Shown one piece after another: positions 19,025-29,112 of a stretch of 64,000 bases of DNA. Under the pieces are notes generated by a model that was given only the letters and a program-made list of their open reading frames with translations, was not told where the DNA came from and ran no database searches. Source of the stretch: Candidatus Latescibacterota bacterium (GTDB lineage Bacteria; Latescibacterota; UBA2968; UBA8231). The stretch lies in assembly GCA_965203175.1 (NCBI GenBank), contig OZ241867.1, positions 5,344,001-5,408,000 on the forward strand. Reading direction: 5' to 3'. Every line of letters begins with the position of its first letter. Positions within the stretch are counted from its first letter, which is position 1. The position numbers and the translations under genes were made by a program.

Positions 19025-20305
19025 CTACTGGCCAATGCAGTACAGGTGCGACTCCGTCCGCAGAAAAATCCGCCCTCCGGCGATGGCCAGCGACGACAGC
19101 GTATAGGCCCCGTCGAGTTCGTTAGTCGCCAGTACCTTGTACTCTGGTCCGGCCTGCAGCACAGTCGTCACCGCGTTTTCGTTGACCACGTAGAGCTTGC
19201 CGTCGGCCAAGACCGGCGAGGAGCTGACCGACCCCTGGGCCGTGCGCTCCGGACCCCACACTACCGCACCCGTCTTGGCGTCGAGGCAGGTAGCCCGCCC
19301 GCGATCATCGACCATGTAGAAATAGTTACCATCGGTAACAGCCGAAGGCACGTCTGGTCCGCCCGCCCCCGTCCACTTCCACGCCAAGTGACTCTCGCTA
19401 ACGTCTCCCGTGCCACCAGCGCGGAACGCTAGCACCGGATTGCGGCGACTGGTCGCGTACACCATCCCAGCAACCGCAACCGGCGAACCAACCACTCGGT
19501 AATTCCGCTCCTTGCCCGGATTCAAGCCGCCTGCCCTCCACACCTCCTCGCCGGTAGCCGGATCGTGGCCGGTGAGGTAGTCCCCACCGGAGACGACGAT
19601 TTGCGTCTGGCCATCGTATTCTAGGACCACAGGCGTGGTATAAGCATCCGGCGACTCGCCCGGCGCGTCGGTTGGCCGCTCCTGCCACCACGCGACCTTA
19701 CCGGTGGCCGCGTCAAAGGCGATCAGGTAGGAAGGATCGTCCGTGTTCATCCCGTGCAGGACCTCGACGAAGAGCTTGCCATCGTAGAGCAAGGGCGAGG
19801 AGGCGTAGCCCCACATCAGGCCGAAGTCGCCGTGCTCGGCCTGCAAGTCGTAGTGCCACAGTTCCTCACCATCCATGTCAAAGGCCCGGATCATTCCCGT
19901 GCCCGTAACGGCCAGCACGCGCTCGCCGTCCGTGACCGGCGAAGGCGAGGTGTTGTTGTGCTTGCGCCAATAGGCATTGCCCTCGTCGAGCGTGCGCTGC
20001 CACAACACGCTGCCATCAGCCGCTGACAAGCAGCCCAAAAGCAGTTTTTCGCCGCCCTGGATCTCCTCGCCCGTATTGGGCGACATCAAAAAGACCCGCT
20101 CGCCCCACACCACCGGCGTACTCCCGCTCCAAGAAGGCAGCTTCCTACTCCAGACTACATTCTCGCTCGTACTCCAAGTCGTCGGCAGGTTCACGGCTTG
20201 GCTAACGCCGTTGTGGTCGGGACCGCGCCACTGGGGCCAGTATTCTTCAGCACTGGCGCGCAAAGCGGCCAAAAATAGCAGTGAGACGATTGCGTAATTT
20301 TTCAT
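19025..20305 (-). CDS. Exported PQQ-binding-like beta-propeller protein (different subfamily)
   Basis: Signal peptide, YWPQWRGPDHNG, AFDAATGKVAW and CLDAKTGAVVW repeats. Confidence 0.9.
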   Translation of the reverse strand: MKNYAIVSLLFLAALRASAEEYWPQWRGPDHNGVSQAVNLPTTWSTSENVVWSRKLPSWSGSTPVVWGERVFLMSPNTGEEIQGGEKLLLGCLSAADGSVLWQRTLDEGNAYWRKHNNTSPSPVTDGERVLAVTGTGMIRAFDMDGEELWHYDLQAEHGDFGLMWGYASSPLLYDGKLFVEVLHGMNTDDPSYLIAFDAATGKVAWWQERPTDAPGESPDAYTTPVVLEYDGQTQIVVSGGDYLTGHDPATGEEVWRAGGLNPGKERNYRVVGSPVAVAGMVYATSRRNPVLAFRAGGTGDVSESHLAWKWTGAGGPDVPSAVTDGNYFYMVDDRGRATCLDAKTGAVVWGPERTAQGSVSSSPVLADGKLYVVNENAVTTVLQAGPEYKVLATNELDGAYTLSSLAIAGGRIFLRTESHLYCIGQ

Positions 20306-20336
20306 GATCTGCTCCTATCCATTAACTAAGTTCAAC

Positions 20337-21320
20337 TCACTCCTCCCAGTCGAGCAACACCCCAAGCGCCTCGTCCATGTCGTTGTAAAGCAAGTCAAAG
20401 GCTTTTGCCGCCTCAAAAAAAGGAAAGCGGTGCGTGGTCATTCGCTCTGTCTGAATAATTCCTGCCTGCAATAGCTCCATCGCCCGGCGTGCGGTCCCCG
20501 AGCCTATGCCCTGTCCATAATAGCCGCCCAGGATCCTGCGTCGCTGGATCTTGCCCGACATCAGCGGCAAAGGCGCGTCCTCGTAAAGCCCAATCAAGTG
20601 CAATAACCCGCCAACGGCCAGCATATCCAACCCCTGGTCGAATGCTTTAACCCCCGCCGGGCCACCGACCGCATAGACGACGATATCGGCATCAGCTCCC
20701 GCTGTTAGCCTACGCACCGCAGCAATAGGATCCTCTTCGGCGGCGTTGACTACCGCGTCGGCCCCCAACTCCTCGGCCAGTGTGCAGCGACTCTCCAGCG
20801 CATCAACGGCGATGATTCGACCCTTGCCATTGTGCTTGGCCACCTGCAACATCAGGCTCCCAACCAGTCCCTGGCCCAAAATCACTACCGTGTGGTTGGG
20901 TCCGATCTCCTCGATATCCACCCAAGTCACCGCACCCGAGACCAGGGGCCAGTACGGTGCCACGTCGAATTCCACGCCAGGCGGCATCGCCACCACCTGC
21001 GGCTGGTCCTGCGGCGCAGATAACACCGCTGGGCGCACCACGTATTCAGCGTGCGGTGCCAGCGCTACTACCCGGTCGCCTATAGCGTAGCAGTCGACAC
21101 CCTCTCCCAAAGCGTCTATCACCCCTGCCAGCGAATAGCCCATAATCTCGGGACTGACCGCGTGCTCACGCGTATAGCGTGCGCCGATCTCCGATCCCCG
21201 GCTGATCAGGCTGCACACCGCCTTGACCCGCACTTCCCCCGGCCCCGGCTCGGGCACCGGGACTTCCTCGATTTCGATATTAAACTGCCCTGTTGGTTTG
21301 ATAACTCGTTTCATCTCCAT
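20337..21320 (-). CDS. MDR-family (zinc-type alcohol) dehydrogenase
   Basis: EEVPVPEPGPGEVRVK, SLISRGSE...MGYS and GQGLVG Rossmann motif. Start estimated; the longer ORF overlaps cbiB. Confidence 0.85.
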   Translation of the reverse strand: MEMKRVIKPTGQFNIEIEEVPVPEPGPGEVRVKAVCSLISRGSEIGARYTREHAVSPEIMGYSLAGVIDALGEGVDCYAIGDRVVALAPHAEYVVRPAVLSAPQDQPQVVAMPPGVEFDVAPYWPLVSGAVTWVDIEEIGPNHTVVILGQGLVGSLMLQVAKHNGKGRIIAVDALESRCTLAEELGADAVVNAAEEDPIAAVRRLTAGADADIVVYAVGGPAGVKAFDQGLDMLAVGGLLHLIGLYEDAPLPLMSGKIQRRRILGGYYGQGIGSGTARRAMELLQAGIIQTERMTTHRFPFFEAAKAFDLLYNDMDEALGVLLDWEE

Positions 21321-21333
21321 GCCCCCCATTTTC

Positions 21334-22299
21334 CTAGGAACTAGCATATACGAGATAGCCTGCCGCCAACCCCACGCTGAGCAAGCAGGTAGCAACGACA
21401 AATACGCACGTGCGGCGCATATCCTCGGGCCGGCCACCTTCCAGGTCGTTCGCATCGCCCAACCACAAGTCTGTAATCTGCATCCCGTCCTGCCAAATAG
21501 GTCCAACCAACCGCCTTTGTAGCGCGCCGGCCGCGGTTGCTTCGCTCCACCCAGAATTTGGTCCCGGAACGAGCGCGTGCTGCTGCCACCCAACCACAAG
21601 AGCCTTGCGCGCCGAACAACGCGGCAAAAAAAACGCGACCACAATCATCAATACATACGTCAAGCGCGCTGGCAAAAAATTCAACACATCGTCGAGCCGC
21701 GCACCACACCAGCCAAAACAGCGGTAGCGCGGCGTCTTAAAGCCAACCATGGAATCCATCGTGCTGATGACCTTAAAAAGCACGAGGCCCGGTAGCCCCA
21801 AAAGCGCGTAGTAAAAAATCGGCGCGATAAAACCATCCACCGCATTTTCGCTCAAACTCTCCATACCCGCCCGCCGACACGCCGCCGCATCCATCCTCTC
21901 AATATCGCGGCCCACGAGCATTGCCGTTGCCTGACGCGCACCGTCCAAATCTGCGGCGCGGTCAATGGCCAAGCCGTGTTTGCATAGGTCTTTGAGCGCA
22001 ATGAGGCTGTACAAGACAAAGGCGTGAAAAAGCCAACCGATCTCCGCATGGACGCGATACAATGCAATCGCCAACGCGCATATCAACCCCACCCAAAACG
22101 CCGCCAAAACGCAAAACAGCACGCACCCACCGACGTATCCATCCAAGCGCAAGCCGCGCAGCACTCGCTCAAAAAAAGACAGCGTCGCACCCACCAAGCG
22201 AATGGGATGCAACGCATAGACCGGATCGCCGACAAGACCGTCGCAAACAACCGCGCAAACGAGCAACAGCAGATCGGGCGCGAGTATGGTCAGGTCCAT
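21334..22299 (-). CDS. cbiB: Adenosylcobinamide-phosphate synthase CbiB
   Basis: GDP...HPI, LVGRD, ESLSENAVDG, STMDSMVG, ARLDDVLNFLPARL and PNSGWSEA motifs. Confidence 0.92.
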   Translation of the reverse strand: MDLTILAPDLLLLVCAVVCDGLVGDPVYALHPIRLVGATLSFFERVLRGLRLDGYVGGCVLFCVLAAFWVGLICALAIALYRVHAEIGWLFHAFVLYSLIALKDLCKHGLAIDRAADLDGARQATAMLVGRDIERMDAAACRRAGMESLSENAVDGFIAPIFYYALLGLPGLVLFKVISTMDSMVGFKTPRYRCFGWCGARLDDVLNFLPARLTYVLMIVVAFFLPRCSARKALVVGWQQHALVPGPNSGWSEATAAGALQRRLVGPIWQDGMQITDLWLGDANDLEGGRPEDMRRTCVFVVATCLLSVGLAAGYLVYASS

Positions 22300-23393
22300 T
22301 TCAAACGCCACCCCAAGGCCAAAGCATCGTACGCAATCGCCAGCCAGTCGTCTTCATTTGTCCGCAGTTGCTCGAAACACGACAAATAGGCCTCTGGTTT
22401 GGCAGCCAGCGCAGTCGCCAAGATAGCAGCTTGCTGACGCAACACCGGAGCGGCCAACTCCTGCGACAACGTACCATAGCGCACGCGATCCCAAACCGCG
22501 GCCAACGCATACGCCGCGGCGGCAACGCGCGGCTCGTACACCACGGACTTGAGATTCTTTTGCAACAGCGCAAAATCGTCCGCGCTCAGGCGCTTGCTCA
22601 TCTCTGCCAACAAGCATTCCTCTCTCATACCAAAGCGCCTAAGCGCGTGCACGATGCTGCGCGTATGCGACGGCTCTAGGCCATTTTGCCAGCGCAAGCC
22701 CTCCAACGTGGCCTTGCGCACGGCCTTGCCGATCAATTCGCCCAATTTGGCGTGATGCCCGGCGCTAGTTTTCGGCTTTCTGGTGGAGTCTAAAGGAGTG
22801 GCTATGCCGTATTGATCCGTGCCCGTGCCCGTTGCCAAATCGGGCGAATAGCGGCTCGCAACCGCGAGATCGCGCAGAGCCGCGGACTTGCCTTCGGTCA
22901 TAGTCACCACAGCCCGCGCCATCGCGCCCGGGGTGAGTGGCCAATTGACGAACAGCATAGTGTTGATCGTGCCCACATGGGGATCGTCTTCTTCGTGCCA
23001 CGTCGCCCGGTCGCCCGCACACCCCGCATTGCCCTCCACCCCAGCGGTTACAATAGCACACACGCGCAATTCAGCATGCGTTTCTACGACGCAAGCCGCA
23101 TAGTTCACATTGGCTGCCGTGCCCATCAGGGCGACTTGGTCTGGGGGCCAGTTGTGCTCCGCGCATACGTGGTGGTGATAGCCGGTCTCGCCGAGTTGTT
23201 TGAGCAAGACAAAGCGCGCGTCGTGCCCTTTGCCCTCGCAACTTTGGTGATTGACCAAGTAGCGAATGTCAGTGCTCAGACCTCCGTTACAGGCCGATGT
23301 ACTCAGCACCTGATGCGGCGTCTGCAAGCGAGCAATCAGAAAGCGCCCCTCGCGCGTCAGGTCGTAACACTCGTGCCGATCAATAACGTCCAT
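22290..23393 (-). CDS. cbiZ: Adenosylcobinamide amidohydrolase CbiZ (long form)
   Basis: LSTS..NGG, MGTAA, VTAGVEGNA, GTIN, TEGKS and ATGTGTD motifs; ATG at 23393. Confidence 0.88.
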   Translation of the reverse strand: MDVIDRHECYDLTREGRFLIARLQTPHQVLSTSACNGGLSTDIRYLVNHQSCEGKGHDARFVLLKQLGETGYHHHVCAEHNWPPDQVALMGTAANVNYAACVVETHAELRVCAIVTAGVEGNAGCAGDRATWHEEDDPHVGTINTMLFVNWPLTPGAMARAVVTMTEGKSAALRDLAVASRYSPDLATGTGTDQYGIATPLDSTRKPKTSAGHHAKLGELIGKAVRKATLEGLRWQNGLEPSHTRSIVHALRRFGMREECLLAEMSKRLSADDFALLQKNLKSVVYEPRVAAAAYALAAVWDRVRYGTLSQELAAPVLRQQAAILATALAAKPEAYLSCFEQLRTNEDDWLAIAYDALALGWRLKWT

Positions 23394-23395
23394 CC

Positions 23396-24178
23396 CTAGC
23401 GAATGCCCGGCGCAAACGGCACCCACGGCTCGCCGTACTCGTTGCCAGCCCGATCCCGGCCCCGCGCCAGGTACACCGCGTGTGCTGCGTGCGGTCCCGT
23501 ACTCCGCACCTTCACCGTCGCTGGCATGTAGCGCATGGTGTAGCCACAGCGCCGCTTGGCGCTGGTGTTGGGATTGGAGCCGTGAATCATTTTGGAGTGA
23601 TGGATGTGGCATTGGCCCTCGCGGACCTCCAAATCGACGACCCGCGACATATCAACTTGCTCGGCGACAATCTCCCGCCCGAAGACATGAGTATTGCGAT
23701 CGACCTCCACATAGTCCGAAAAGCCGTGTCGATGCGAATCAGCCACCACCCGCATACAGCCGTTTTCGCGCGTCGAGTCGTCGATGGCCAGCCACACGGT
23801 CAGCACCTCGTGCTCGCTGAGCCGCTCATTCCAATACGCCGAGTCCTCGTGCCAGGGCACGCGCTTGCCGTCGCCGGGCGGCTTGCTGATAAAGTGGCTC
23901 GACCACAAGACGATGTCCGGGCCGATAAACGCCTCGACAAAATCGAGCACCTCATCGGCGAGTAGCCACTCGAAAAGCTCTGGGTGGGCAAAATGCGGCA
24001 CGTCCATAGCTTCGGGTCGTTTCCCCGGAGGCAAATCGGCCAACAAGCCAGCGAAGAAGGCCTGCAAGCGCTGGAACTTTTCAGCGGGAAAGAGCGGCTG
24101 TTGATAGACGAAATAACCGTGATCGCGGTAAAACTGCACGTCCTCGGTGGTCACGTGCAGGGGGTGGGAAATGCTCAT
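23396..24178 (-). CDS. Phytanoyl-CoA dioxygenase (PhyH) family Fe/2OG enzyme
   Basis: KPPG...PWHED (HxD), ENGCM and HGSNPNTS..RR motifs. Confidence 0.9.
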   Translation of the reverse strand: MSISHPLHVTTEDVQFYRDHGYFVYQQPLFPAEKFQRLQAFFAGLLADLPPGKRPEAMDVPHFAHPELFEWLLADEVLDFVEAFIGPDIVLWSSHFISKPPGDGKRVPWHEDSAYWNERLSEHEVLTVWLAIDDSTRENGCMRVVADSHRHGFSDYVEVDRNTHVFGREIVAEQVDMSRVVDLEVREGQCHIHHSKMIHGSNPNTSAKRRCGYTMRYMPATVKVRSTGPHAAHAVYLARGRDRAGNEYGEPWVPFAPGIR

Positions 24179-24227
24179 CGGCGAATACCTTTCCTCGTAG
24201 TTGCAGCCTCAATATACGGCAATCCAC

Positions 24228-26213
24228 TCACCCGTGCAGAATCGGATGCCCCGCGCCTTTAAACCAGATGCAGTCGAGGACAAACGACAGAAAAACCCCG
24301 CAGAAAAACCCGACCACCAGCCCGATAAACAACGGCTTGAGCCGCTGGTAGAGCGCCACGCCGCCGAGACGCAAGATCAACGCCTTGCATGCCCACGCCA
24401 AGAAGACTGAGAACACAATCCGCTTGACCATCCAAGTCGAGGCTACGGCCAATCCCACCGGGTGCAAGGGCCACCACGCGATCCGATAGTGCAAAAACGC
24501 CAACACCAAATAGCCCACCACCCCACTGCCGGCCAAGCCGAGCTTGTCCCAGTCGACGGACGCGGGATTGCGCGTTTGTTCGCCGACCCAGTCAAACGCT
24601 AGGCCGCCCGCACCACCCGCGGCATTGAAAAACCACGAGCGCAGATTGCTCGCCCCGTAGTCGTAGCACAAGTAGATCATAAAGCTGGTAGTCGCGACAA
24701 AGCTGACCACCACCGCCAAGCCAATGGCCAAGGCCAACCCGCCGCTGCGTCGATGCGTGTAGTAGTCGTGCAGCTTGAGCGCGTTGGCTGCCGACGGCAT
24801 AAAGGTGGATTGCACATCGCTGCACCACGCAAAGGTCAGTGCCAGCGCGACCAAATTCTGTGGCCCCAAGGCCGAGCCAGCCGCAGCCACGACCATGCCC
24901 TGAGCGCTCATAGGCGTCGTCAAATAGTGCAGACCCGCTTGTACCACCAGTCGCGTAATGCCCAAAAAGATCGTCAGCGCGGCCGCCAAATAGAAGACCG
25001 CCAAGTGCAGGTCCAAGCCGCTGCGCCACAACCAGCCGAGGATAAAACACAACCCGGCCAATCCACCACCCACGGCGACCCGATAGGAAATCATCTCGTC
25101 GCTGTCGTCGATCTGTCCGGCGCGGCCCAGCGCAGTGCGCCACACGGCCGCGAGGTGACTTCGCGCTATCCACAAGGTCCACCCCACCATCGCCACAAAG
25201 GCTCCCCAAGACTGCCACGACAAGGGCGGCCCGCTGTATACAAACGGGTCGGCGCGCAAATTGAAAAGGCCCATTTCGGTGATCAGGCCCAGTTGCACCA
25301 AGTAGAGCAGATGGAAGAACCAGACGCTGAACGAAATGGCCAGCGGAGCCAGATACATAAACCCCAAGACCGGGAAGTACAGAATCAGGTTGAGGGGCGG
25401 TGCCTGGGGAACTAGGGTAAAGGTCCATTCTTGAAAGACGGGCACTTGCGCCAAGCCGGGGTGAAAATAGCTGGGAACATTGAAGGCGATCAGGCCGAAC
25501 GGAATGGCAAAGCCAATCCAGAAAACACGAGTCTTGAGCACGGGCGGCAACGCCGATCCCGGGGCCTCTTCAGTCAGCATCAAGGCCACTTCAGTCAGGG
25601 GGAAGGTCAGCCGCTCGCGCTCCATCCAATGCCGACGCAGCACCACCACCGAGCACAGGCCGACGAAGTATATGGCCAGCACCAGCAGCAGCCACCACAA
25701 CAGCGGCTCGACCCACGCCCCCCACGGAATGGCCAAGTCTTTGCTCGGCAGGCCCTCGTAGAAAAAGCGCATGGCGTCGTGAGCTGGGTCGGGGATGGCC
25801 CAATCCGGCAGGTAGGGATGGACGTATTCGGCCCACTGGTTGGTCGGGAGCGCGCCGTAATAGGGCTTGGAGATGATGCTGAGAATCAGGCCGACCATGA
25901 AGATGGGCATACCGCTGGCGACCAGCCCCATGATGATGATGGTGATCAGCTCGGCCGCGCTAAGGGCGCGTCTGAGCAGCGCATTGCCCAAGACCAAGAG
26001 AAACAGCGGCGCACCCACGGCAATGGGAAAGTACGACCACGTCATTTCCGACGAGCCGACCATCCATATCGAATAGGGGCTGCCAATACTGATGGCGACG
26101 ACCAACCCTAGGCCGAGCAACATAGACCGCCAACTCAGGCCGGACCCGGGCAATTCCACGAGATAGCGGTCGCTGAGATGGGCGAGGTAATGGGTGGGGA
26201 TTCTCTTTTGCAC
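24228..26213 (-). CDS. DUF6785/DUF6784-like polytopic membrane protein (putative transporter)
   Basis: ERLTFPL, WWPLHPVG and ILRLGG..LY...PLFIGL motifs shared with 56097..58034 and 62351..64000. Confidence 0.72.
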   Translation of the reverse strand: MQKRIPTHYLAHLSDRYLVELPGSGLSWRSMLLGLGLVVAISIGSPYSIWMVGSSEMTWSYFPIAVGAPLFLLVLGNALLRRALSAAELITIIIMGLVASGMPIFMVGLILSIISKPYYGALPTNQWAEYVHPYLPDWAIPDPAHDAMRFFYEGLPSKDLAIPWGAWVEPLLWWLLLVLAIYFVGLCSVVVLRRHWMERERLTFPLTEVALMLTEEAPGSALPPVLKTRVFWIGFAIPFGLIAFNVPSYFHPGLAQVPVFQEWTFTLVPQAPPLNLILYFPVLGFMYLAPLAISFSVWFFHLLYLVQLGLITEMGLFNLRADPFVYSGPPLSWQSWGAFVAMVGWTLWIARSHLAAVWRTALGRAGQIDDSDEMISYRVAVGGGLAGLCFILGWLWRSGLDLHLAVFYLAAALTIFLGITRLVVQAGLHYLTTPMSAQGMVVAAAGSALGPQNLVALALTFAWCSDVQSTFMPSAANALKLHDYYTHRRSGGLALAIGLAVVVSFVATTSFMIYLCYDYGASNLRSWFFNAAGGAGGLAFDWVGEQTRNPASVDWDKLGLAGSGVVGYLVLAFLHYRIAWWPLHPVGLAVASTWMVKRIVFSVFLAWACKALILRLGGVALYQRLKPLFIGLVVGFFCGVFLSFVLDCIWFKGAGHPILHG

Positions 26214-26300
26214 GGGGCGCGCTTCTTGGCAAAATTAACAGGAGGGCAAAAAAGGAGACGGTGCATCAATCGTCAAGGCCGCTCGTAGAAAGGAACTGGT

Positions 26301-27869
26301 ATGCGCGTCGAATTATTTCCCGGTAAGCATTTATTCGTGGACGAGCATCGCATTGAAACGCTTACCGCGGCCAAGCGGGTGCTCAATCAGCCGCAGAAGC
26401 ACCCGCAACCGGTCATGCAGGCCGAACGGCCGTGGGAGCAAAAGGGGATTCACCTCGGCAAAGTCTTGTACGACCGCGACCGCCAGCGCTTTCGCCTGTG
26501 GTACACGGCGCAGGCTGAAACCGTCATTGGCACGCGGGTGCTGGTGCGAGACAATCCGCCCAAAAATGTCCATGAATCGCACATCTGTTACGCCGAGTCG
26601 GCCGATGGGGTACACTGGGAGCGGCCCACCCTCGACATCGTCGAACGCGAGCGCTATCCGGGCAACAACATTTGCCTGCCCTCAATGCGCCCGCCGGGCC
26701 GGACCTTTTTGAGCCACTTAGTCGACGACCCGTTTGCCGACGATCCGCAACAGCGTTTCAAGATGATTTACCTCGACCAAGCGGATGAGGGCGCGGTCGG
26801 CGGCGGCTTAGCCCCGGATCAAAAACTGCGCTTGCACGCGCACTCGGCCGACGGCCTGCACTGGCACTCCTATTCTTGGAAAGAACACCACGTCGCCCGG
26901 CTCTTCGGCGTCTTAGCGTACTTAAGCGAAGTACCCTCTGGCCCCATCGACCCGGACGCCCGCTACATCCTCTACGGGCAGCGCGGCTCTCCGTGGAAGA
27001 CTCGTCAGATTGGCCGCCGCGACAGCAGCGACTTTATCAACTGGAGCGACAACTGGCCAGTGCTAGAAAGCCGCCTAAGCGACACACCTGGGTTGGAGTT
27101 TTACCACATGCAAGGGCCGACTATCAACCAAACGTACGCTGGCCTGCATTTCGGCATGCTCGGCGCGTATTACGCCGACTTGCGGCGCAAGTTCGATCCC
27201 GCGCGCAACGACGGACTAACCGAAAGCCACTTGGCCTTCAGCCGCGATTCCGTGCGCTGGGAGCGCTGGGACGCGCCCTTTATTCCGCGCGGCGAGGCCG
27301 GGGCTTTTGATTGGGGCGGCGTGTATTGCGAATATCCGGCCATCGGCGACGACCAACTCTATTTCATGTACACCGGCGAGAGCACGCGCCACGGCATTCC
27401 CGGTATGCCGAGCTTTGGCTTGGCGACCTTGCGGCTCGATGGGTTTGTCTCGGTTGAAACGATCGGCTTCATGGAGGGGACGCTCGTCACCCGGCCGCAT
27501 CACTGGAATGCGGCTGAGGTGCGGGTCAATGTGCAATCGCCGACGGGCGGGTTGAGGGTGCAGCTTCAGGATGAAACCGGACGGGCGTTCGCCGGCTTTG
27601 GCGCGGAGGATTGCGAACCCATCGTTGACGACGTCCTAGATGCACCCGTGCGCTGGCGCGGATCGGGCGACGTGCGCTCGTTGAGCGGCAAAATGGTCGC
27701 GCTCCAGTTTAGCTTCTTGCCGGAGGACAAGCTGTATTCATATACGTTGCGTGCGGGGAGCTATTCAACAGTTCATCTTGAAGTAGCCGGCAACAACGAA
27801 GCAGTCGGCAGTCGGCGTATGGCCGCGCCGGCTTGCTGGTCAGCGGCAACTAGATCGAACTGCGCCTGA
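26301..27869 (+). CDS. Five-bladed beta-propeller glycoside-hydrolase-like protein (GH32/43-like)
   Basis: YAESADGVHWERP, SADGLHW and FSRDSVRWER repeats; LATLRLDGF. Confidence 0.65.
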   Translation: MRVELFPGKHLFVDEHRIETLTAAKRVLNQPQKHPQPVMQAERPWEQKGIHLGKVLYDRDRQRFRLWYTAQAETVIGTRVLVRDNPPKNVHESHICYAESADGVHWERPTLDIVERERYPGNNICLPSMRPPGRTFLSHLVDDPFADDPQQRFKMIYLDQADEGAVGGGLAPDQKLRLHAHSADGLHWHSYSWKEHHVARLFGVLAYLSEVPSGPIDPDARYILYGQRGSPWKTRQIGRRDSSDFINWSDNWPVLESRLSDTPGLEFYHMQGPTINQTYAGLHFGMLGAYYADLRRKFDPARNDGLTESHLAFSRDSVRWERWDAPFIPRGEAGAFDWGGVYCEYPAIGDDQLYFMYTGESTRHGIPGMPSFGLATLRLDGFVSVETIGFMEGTLVTRPHHWNAAEVRVNVQSPTGGLRVQLQDETGRAFAGFGAEDCEPIVDDVLDAPVRWRGSGDVRSLSGKMVALQFSFLPEDKLYSYTLRAGSYSTVHLEVAGNNEAVGSRRMAAPACWSAATRSNCA

Positions 27870-28075
27870 AGGTTCAGCCAGAATTGAGGCTCTATGCCGA
27901 ACCAGTGTCCAAACCGCAAGGCCGTGTCGCCCGTCACTGACCGCTTGCCCGCAATGATCTGGCCAACGCGGTTCGGCGGCACATTGATCTGACGCGCAAA
28001 TGCCGTGGGCGCGATACCCATCCCGTCGAGCTCGTCTTTCAGGACTTCACCAGGATGTACGGCGCGTTTGAGCAT
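27773..28075 (-). CDS. higA: HigA family antitoxin, orphan
   Basis: VHPGEVL...IIAGKRSVTGDTALR...FWLNLQ; no higB upstream. Confidence 0.9.
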   Translation of the reverse strand: MLKRAVHPGEVLKDELDGMGIAPTAFARQINVPPNRVGQIIAGKRSVTGDTALRFGHWFGIEPQFWLNLQAQFDLVAADQQAGAAIRRLPTASLLPATSR

Positions 28076-28122
28076 ATTATCCTACCGCCTTTTCTAAACT
28101 CTTACACAATCAATCTAGTAAG

Positions 28123-28156
28123 TTGACAGGGTTCTAGTCATCTATACATATGTATA
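28123..28156. promoter_or_regulatory. TTGACA hexamer plus 14-bp perfect palindrome TATACATATGTATA
   Basis: TTGACA at 28123-28128 and palindrome at 28143-28156, between divergent higA and the MTase. Confidence 0.45.
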
Positions 28157-28186
28157 ACTTAATTCAGAATATCGAGAGGTGGTAGC

Positions 28187-29032
28187 ATGAGCACTCTAAC
28201 AGCCGTTGAACCGCCAACATCCATCGAAGATCCCCAGATACTGCACGGTGACTGCCTAGAGGTGATCCAGTCCGGCAGGGTCAAGGCTGAATCGGTCAGT
28301 CTGATTTTCACTTCGCCGCCCTATGCCGATCAAAGAAAGAGCAACTACGGCGGCATTCATCCAGATGATTATGTGGAGTGGTTCTTGCCGAGGGCGGAGG
28401 CACTGAAGAAGAGCCTCAAGCCGGACGGTTCCTTTGTTTTGAACATCAAAGAAAAGGCGGTTGGCGGCCAAAGACACACTTATGTCTTAGAACTTATACT
28501 GGCCCTGAAGAAACAGGGTTGGCTATGGGTTGAGGAATACTGCTGGCACAAGAAGAATTGCTATCCGGGAAAGTGGCCCAATCGGTTTAGAGATTCGTGG
28601 GAGCGTTTGCTGCACTTCACGATCAACAAGAAGTTCAAGATGCGCCAAGAATCCGTGATGGTGCCGATGGGCGACTGGAAGACGGCGCGACTGCGGAATC
28701 TGTCGAAAACCGACTACACTAGAGACGAGTCAAAGAACGATAACGGCTTTGGCAAGAAGGTCGAAAACTGGATTGGGCGCGACATGGCGTACCCGACAAA
28801 TGTCCTGCATCTATCTACAGAGTGTGGCTACAAGGGCCATCCAGCCGCATTCCCACTGTCTCTACCCAACTGGTTCATTCGCCTATTTACTGATCCAGGT
28901 GATATGGTTCTCGATCCTTTCGCCGGTTCGGGCACTGCGCTAGTTGCCGCTAGGGATCTCGACAGGATCAGCATAGGCATTGATACATCTTTGGACTACT
29001 GCGACCTAATGCGCGAGAGGCTGTCAAAATGA
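28187..29032 (+). CDS. Site-specific DNA methyltransferase, beta class (N4-C/N6-A), no adjacent endonuclease
   Basis: Motif IV TSPPY precedes motif I VLDPFAGSGT; HPAAFP. Confidence 0.92.
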   Translation: MSTLTAVEPPTSIEDPQILHGDCLEVIQSGRVKAESVSLIFTSPPYADQRKSNYGGIHPDDYVEWFLPRAEALKKSLKPDGSFVLNIKEKAVGGQRHTYVLELILALKKQGWLWVEEYCWHKKNCYPGKWPNRFRDSWERLLHFTINKKFKMRQESVMVPMGDWKTARLRNLSKTDYTRDESKNDNGFGKKVENWIGRDMAYPTNVLHLSTECGYKGHPAAFPLSLPNWFIRLFTDPGDMVLDPFAGSGTALVAARDLDRISIGIDTSLDYCDLMRERLSK

Positions 29033-29112
29033 ATCCGGCGGAGGCGGAGACCGATTGCCGTGGGGACAAGAAATGGAGCTTCAAGGGAAAGGCGCGTGGG
29101 GATACCGGGTGC

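Noticed and set aside
23396-24178. Fe/2OG halogenase (SyrB2-like) linked to the halogenase cluster
   Set aside because: It has the HxD facial triad (HED) of hydroxylases, not HxA/G, and lies in a different operon.
23394-26300. Cobalamin riboswitch upstream of cbiZ/cbiB
   Set aside because: Intergenic gaps here are under about 90 bp and no B12-box was recognised.
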